Positions 37,203 to 40,565 of a stretch of 40,565 nucleotides of DNA are shown here, one piece after another. Source of the DNA: a virus (lineage: Duplodnaviria > Heunggongvirae > Uroviricota > Caudoviricetes); IMG/VR virus record IMGVR_UViG_2687453529_000006; one strand, given 5' to 3'. Under the pieces are notes generated by a model. It was given only the letters and a program-made list of their open reading frames with translations. It ran no database searches and had not been told where the DNA came from. A program made the position numbers and the translations under genes. Each line of letters starts with the position of its first letter. The stretch's first letter is position 1.

Positions 37203-38027
37203 ATGTCTCAGAACTTAGACGCAACCGCAATTAATCAAATCCATGCCCTTATTTCTGCTCAGGGTGTTAATGAAATTATCAGTAAGATTGGTGCCGATGC
37301 TGTGGCATTGCCTGAGAATTTCCGCATTCATGATCTGGAAAAATTTAATTTAAATCGCTTCCGTTTCCGTGGTGCGCTTTCCACTGCCAGCATCGATGAC
37401 TTTACCCGTTATTCTAAAGATCTTGCAGATGAAGGCACCCGCTGCTTTATCGATGCCGATAATATGCGTGCCGTCAGTGTGCTTAACCTAGGTACTATTG
37501 ATGAACCAGGTCACGCAGATAACACCGCCACTCTCAAACTGAAAAAGACAGCACCGTTCTCTGCTCTGTTGTCTGTTAACGGCGAGCGTAACTCCCAGAA
37601 GTCACTGGCAGAATGGATTGAAGACTGGGCCGACTACCTTGTGGGCTTTGATGCTAATGGTGACGCTATTCAGGCAACAAAAGCGGCTGCGGCTGTCCGT
37701 AAAATCACGATTGAAGCAAACCAGGCCGCTGATTTTGAAGATAATGACTTCAGCGGCAAACGCTCCCTGATGGAGTCTGTCGAAGCGAAGACCAAAGACA
37801 TTATGCCAGTGGCATTTGAATTTAAATGCGTTCCGTTTGAAGGCCTGAAAGAACGTCCGTTTAAATTACGCCTCAGCATTATCACTGGCGATCGTCCTGT
37901 ACTGGTTCTGCGCATTATTCAGCTGGAAGCGGTGCAGGAAGAAATGGCTAACGAATTTCGTGATCTGCTTGTTGAGAAATTCAAAGACAGCAAAGTAGAA
38001 ACCTTTATTGGTACTTTCACCGCCTGA
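37203..38027 (+). CDS. YfdQ-like prophage protein (DUF2303-like)
   Basis: 274 aa; resembles E. coli CPS-53 YfdQ as remembered; function unknown. Confidence 0.7.
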   Translation: MSQNLDATAINQIHALISAQGVNEIISKIGADAVALPENFRIHDLEKFNLNRFRFRGALSTASIDDFTRYSKDLADEGTRCFIDADNMRAVSVLNLGTIDEPGHADNTATLKLKKTAPFSALLSVNGERNSQKSLAEWIEDWADYLVGFDANGDAIQATKAAAAVRKITIEANQAADFEDNDFSGKRSLMESVEAKTKDIMPVAFEFKCVPFEGLKERPFKLRLSIITGDRPVLVLRIIQLEAVQEEMANEFRDLLVEKFKDSKVETFIGTFTA

Positions 38028-38037
38028 TTTCATTACT

Positions 38038-38064
38038 GCAAATGCCCCTGCGGGGGCATTTACG
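38038..38064 (+). terminator. Putative terminator after yfdQ-like gene
   Basis: aaatgcccc-tgcg-ggggcattt hairpin; weak T-run. Confidence 0.35.
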
Positions 38065-38148
38065 GAAGCGATAATTTTAACTATTGCCGCCCCTATAAAG
38101 AACCATTAAACAATAACGTGACGTAGCTATTGATAGTAAATGAAGCAC

Positions 38149-38181
38149 TTGCAAAATAATTGCATTGCGTATATATACGCA
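38149..38181 (+). promoter_or_regulatory. Promoter with 16-bp perfect palindrome upstream of the AT-rich membrane-protein gene
   Basis: TTGCAA, 17-nt spacer, TATATA; palindrome TGCGTATATATACGCA spans the -10. Confidence 0.5.
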
Positions 38182-38203
38182 CATGTGTTGTATTACAGCG
38201 ATA

Positions 38204-38998
38204 ATGGTAAAGCAAATGATTAACTCTGAAGCAATTGAGCAACTAATGTGGCTATGGTCCTTATTTGACATTAAATTCTTATCTATTCTTGCCGCTGCCT
38301 TCACTATATATTTTGGCGTGCAAAAAATATCAAAAAAGGTGACAGTGTCGTATTCGACAGATGTAAGTAGAATATATGACATGCATATATCAACCATAAT
38401 CCTGAATAATAAAAGAGATAATGCAATTGCTATATCTTCAATCAATATGGAGGTTGAAGGTAAAGGGATACTACAAGTTATTAAATTTGACTCCCCTCTT
38501 CTTTTAAAGAACTATGATTCTTTAAAAGTTGAACCACCAAAATTTAGCAGCCTTTATAATAATGATGGCGTAGTTAAGTTAGATATTTCTGATAAGTTTC
38601 ATTTTTATATAATCACGACATCTGGAGATGAAATTAAATGTATTTCTGAAAATAAATATGTGGCACCAAACATGGAAAACAAAATAGCTACAGACATAAG
38701 AAAATTTAATGGCATTGTCTTAACAAACAGAATGTCTTATATTTTTTTCTATGCAAATGACAACGGAGAGAAATACTGCATAATAGATGTTTCATTGTTC
38801 ATAAATGGTGACAACCCATTTCATTTTAATTTTTTAAAAGAAGATGAATTAAGAGATTTTTCTAGCATCCTTATTGGTTACGGATATCACCAACGGTTTA
38901 AAAGTTATGCATTGTTTAAAATAGACAACCATCTTGCTCCTTCTTTGGTTTTAAATAAGTCAATGATAGAAAATAATATTATTGAAATGAATAAGTAA
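38204..38998 (+). CDS. Unrecognised low-GC membrane-anchored protein (about 265 aa)
   Basis: Long ORF in a markedly AT-rich block; one N-terminal hydrophobic helix (…FLSILAAAFTIYFGV…); start codon uncertain (track ORF begins at 38165 with TTG). Confidence 0.6.
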   Translation: MVKQMINSEAIEQLMWLWSLFDIKFLSILAAAFTIYFGVQKISKKVTVSYSTDVSRIYDMHISTIILNNKRDNAIAISSINMEVEGKGILQVIKFDSPLLLKNYDSLKVEPPKFSSLYNNDGVVKLDISDKFHFYIITTSGDEIKCISENKYVAPNMENKIATDIRKFNGIVLTNRMSYIFFYANDNGEKYCIIDVSLFINGDNPFHFNFLKEDELRDFSSILIGYGYHQRFKSYALFKIDNHLAPSLVLNKSMIENNIIEMNK

Positions 38999-39034
38999 CT
39001 CACCGGGTGCAGCCGGTTATGATGGAGAAATGAT

Positions 39035-39316
39035 ATGAATACCTTGTTTTTACTGATGGCTGAATTCAATACCCCAAACATTGAACTCTCAGCAGTTAGT
39101 CAAAAATACTTTGGTATGAGTCCAGCCACAGCAGAAGCAAAAGCAAACGCTTGTAAGTTGCCCGTTCCAACATATCGCATCGGCACATCACAAAAAGCAA
39201 AACGTTGCATCAATATTCAGGATCTTGCGGAATATATAGACAAAAGACGAGAAGAAGGACGTATCGAGTGGGAACAGGTCAGAACAGGCAAACAGAAGGG
39301 CAAAGAACATCACTAA
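39035..39316 (+). CDS. PrtN-like small DNA-binding regulator (pyocin-activator/excisionase-like)
   Basis: 93 aa; MNTLFLLMAEF...KLPVPTYRIG... resembles PrtN family as remembered. Confidence 0.7.
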   Translation: MNTLFLLMAEFNTPNIELSAVSQKYFGMSPATAEAKANACKLPVPTYRIGTSQKAKRCINIQDLAEYIDKRREEGRIEWEQVRTGKQKGKEHH

Positions 39317-39317
39317 A

Positions 39318-39350
39318 GAAAAAACCCGCCTAAAGGCGGGTTTTCAAAAA
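39318..39350. terminator. Bidirectional intrinsic terminator
   Basis: acccgcc-taaa-ggcgggt flanked by A-run and T-run; sits between convergent genes. Confidence 0.6.
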
Positions 39351-39363
39351 GCACCAGCTATGA

Positions 39364-39537
39364 TCATGCTGCTTTGCGACGACGAAGCTTACCCTGCTGC
39401 TCTTTACCAGAGACAATAGCGTGAGTGAACGCATTAGGAGCAGCCTTCATCAGAACTTCAGCAGCAGCCCCCATACCTGCGAATGCTTTCATTGTGTCGA
39501 ACTTAACCTGTGGCTTGGTTGCTTTTTGATCTTCCAT
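39364..39537 (-). CDS. Small basic protein (57 aa), last gene of the minus-strand accessory operon
   Basis: Below the ORF-track cutoff: MEDQKATKPQVKFDTMKAFAGMGAAAEVLMKAAPNAFTHAIVSGKEQQGKLRRRKAA; GGAG RBS; terminator immediately downstream. Confidence 0.45.
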   Translation of the reverse strand: MEDQKATKPQVKFDTMKAFAGMGAAAEVLMKAAPNAFTHAIVSGKEQQGKLRRRKAA

Positions 39538-39576
39538 AGAAAACTCCAGAAGCTATACCGAAAAAATTCCTGTTGT

Positions 39577-39996
39577 TTACTCATCATCAATAGATGATAC
39601 GCAATATTTATTTTTAAATTTAAGGTTCTTTGGCGTAACTTCATCAGATATATCAAAACCGTCCAGAATTCTATTGAATGTAGCTTCTGGCATATCATCA
39701 TGAACAGAAATCTCACCCGATCGCTGCTTTCTAACCATGTTATCCACTCGCCAAATTATAGCTTCAGCGTAAACAACATAACTTGGATGCTTGATAAAGC
39801 GATGATCACCAGAATTCAAGACGCAAGACGGATCGTGGGGGACACCATCCTTGATACTAGAAATATTAACAACTAAAACACAATAACAATCGTTAACGGG
39901 GTAATAAACAGGATCATTACAAATCACATGAAGATGATTGCATGGCCCAGTTGGGGCAAGCACAGTTCCTTTCCTGTATGGCTGATAATCCGTCAT
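39577..39996 (-). CDS. Unrecognised 139-aa protein translationally coupled to the PanA-like gene (candidate toxin/effector)
   Basis: Start overlaps upstream stop (ATGA); low GC; contains an R-x6-H stretch (RSGEISVH). Confidence 0.6.
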   Translation of the reverse strand: MTDYQPYRKGTVLAPTGPCNHLHVICNDPVYYPVNDCYCVLVVNISSIKDGVPHDPSCVLNSGDHRFIKHPSYVVYAEAIIWRVDNMVRKQRSGEISVHDDMPEATFNRILDGFDISDEVTPKNLKFKNKYCVSSIDDE

Positions 39997-40565
39997 GATA
40001 ATTGCAAAGAAAATTCCTTAAGTTTCTGAGATTCTTCCATTTTGCCAATTATACGATTAGCCTCATCCTCGCTTTTACCCTCACTGATCAGCATTTCTTT
40101 CAGGTCTATAGGCTTACGAGAATTGCCAGAATTATGCCACTCTGGACAAACGCTTTCTAAATGCGTCATGTTTGCGAGATCAAATCGGTTCATATGCCCA
40201 TACAGAGAATAGATTTCATCTAAAATCCGGATATCTGCACGGCTCAACTCATCAAAGACCTCGTCTGCATCCATTTCCCTCGGATCTGAACGCAACAACA
40301 CATCATGCCCGTTCGTCTCTATCAAGTTGTACCAGTAGTCACCAATGCCTTCAGCCTTACCACGAATCAAGTTCAGCGTATTCGACATGACTGGACCAAA
40401 TTTCATAGAGTAAAGACTATCTTCGCCGATCATCCTGCCATGCTTCAAAATCGACTTGCGGTTAGACAGATAGAGCAGCTTCATCAATTTCAGATATGCC
40501 ATGCGCCCACCTCGCTTAAGAAGTAGGTATGCAGCCATTTGAGCTACTTTTTCTTCGCAAAACAT
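39993..40565 (-). CDS. Panacea-domain (DUF4065, PanA/GepA-like) protein, N-terminus probably beyond the window
   Basis: ...AYLKLMKLLYLSNRKSILKHGRMIGEDSLYSMKFGPVMSNT... resembles the Panacea domain core as remembered; ORF reaches the window edge. Confidence 0.6.
   Translation of the reverse strand: MFCEEKVAQMAAYLLLKRGGRMAYLKLMKLLYLSNRKSILKHGRMIGEDSLYSMKFGPVMSNTLNLIRGKAEGIGDYWYNLIETNGHDVLLRSDPREMDADEVFDELSRADIRILDEIYSLYGHMNRFDLANMTHLESVCPEWHNSGNSRKPIDLKEMLISEGKSEDEANRIIGKMEESQKLKEFSLQLS

Larger units (their letters stand above)
1583..40565. mobile_element. Lambdoid/HK97-like prophage (partial; continues past window end) integrated at the 5' end of dusA
   Basis: Contiguous integrase, lambda-like tail genes (J, I, K, L, M, H, G-T, V), HK97-like head genes, terminase, lysis cassette, Q, replication and immunity modules; integrase directly abuts dusA start codon. 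Confidence 0.9.

Noticed and set aside
38077-38445. 122-aa minus-strand ORF
   Set aside because: Antisense to the 5' end of the AT-rich membrane-protein gene and its promoter.
1-40565. CRISPR arrays, tRNA/rRNA genes, IS elements
   Set aside because: No spaced direct-repeat arrays, no cloverleaf-like GC-rich 75-90 nt segments and no transposase-like ORFs with terminal inverted repeats were seen by eye; a tRNAscan/ISfinder search was not possible.

Overview
The window holds the chromosomal genes pspG and dusA (both minus strand, 166-1579) followed by one end of a large lambda/HK97-like siphovirus prophage that fills the rest of the window (about 1583 to beyond 40565) and is not complete here. 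The prophage abuts the 5' end of dusA and starts with a tyrosine integrase, matching the known dusA-integrating prophage family. Left to right it contains: integrase; an SOS-regulated dinI-like gene with two LexA boxes; a minus-strand late operon with lambda-like tail genes (tail fibre, stf with internal tandem repeats, lom, J, I, K, L, M, tape measure, G/G-T with a conserved A-AAA-AAG slippery site, V), HK97-like head genes (connector proteins, major capsid, prohead protease, portal, terminase large and small subunits, HNH), a lysis cassette (holin, endolysin R, Rz/Rz1) and a QuuQ-like Q antiterminator; an early region (frameshifted DUF968 gene, KilA-N, RusA, LexA-DBD-only protein, N6-adenine methyltransferase, PerC-like, O-like replication initiator with internal iterons, CII-like, Cro-like); and a CI-like repressor with palindromic operators. 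To the right of cI lies an accessory region: an operator-controlled promoter, a roughly 450-nt structured leader ending in a DicF-like terminator hairpin, YfdP/YfdQ-like genes, then a low-GC block with an unrecognised 265-aa membrane protein, a PrtN-like regulator and a three-gene minus-strand operon headed by a Panacea-domain (PanA-like) protein. The low-GC block is my best candidate for an undescribed defence or toxin-antitoxin system. All family assignments are from reading the translations and remembered family signatures, with no database search; regulatory coordinates are approximate (about +/-2 nt).
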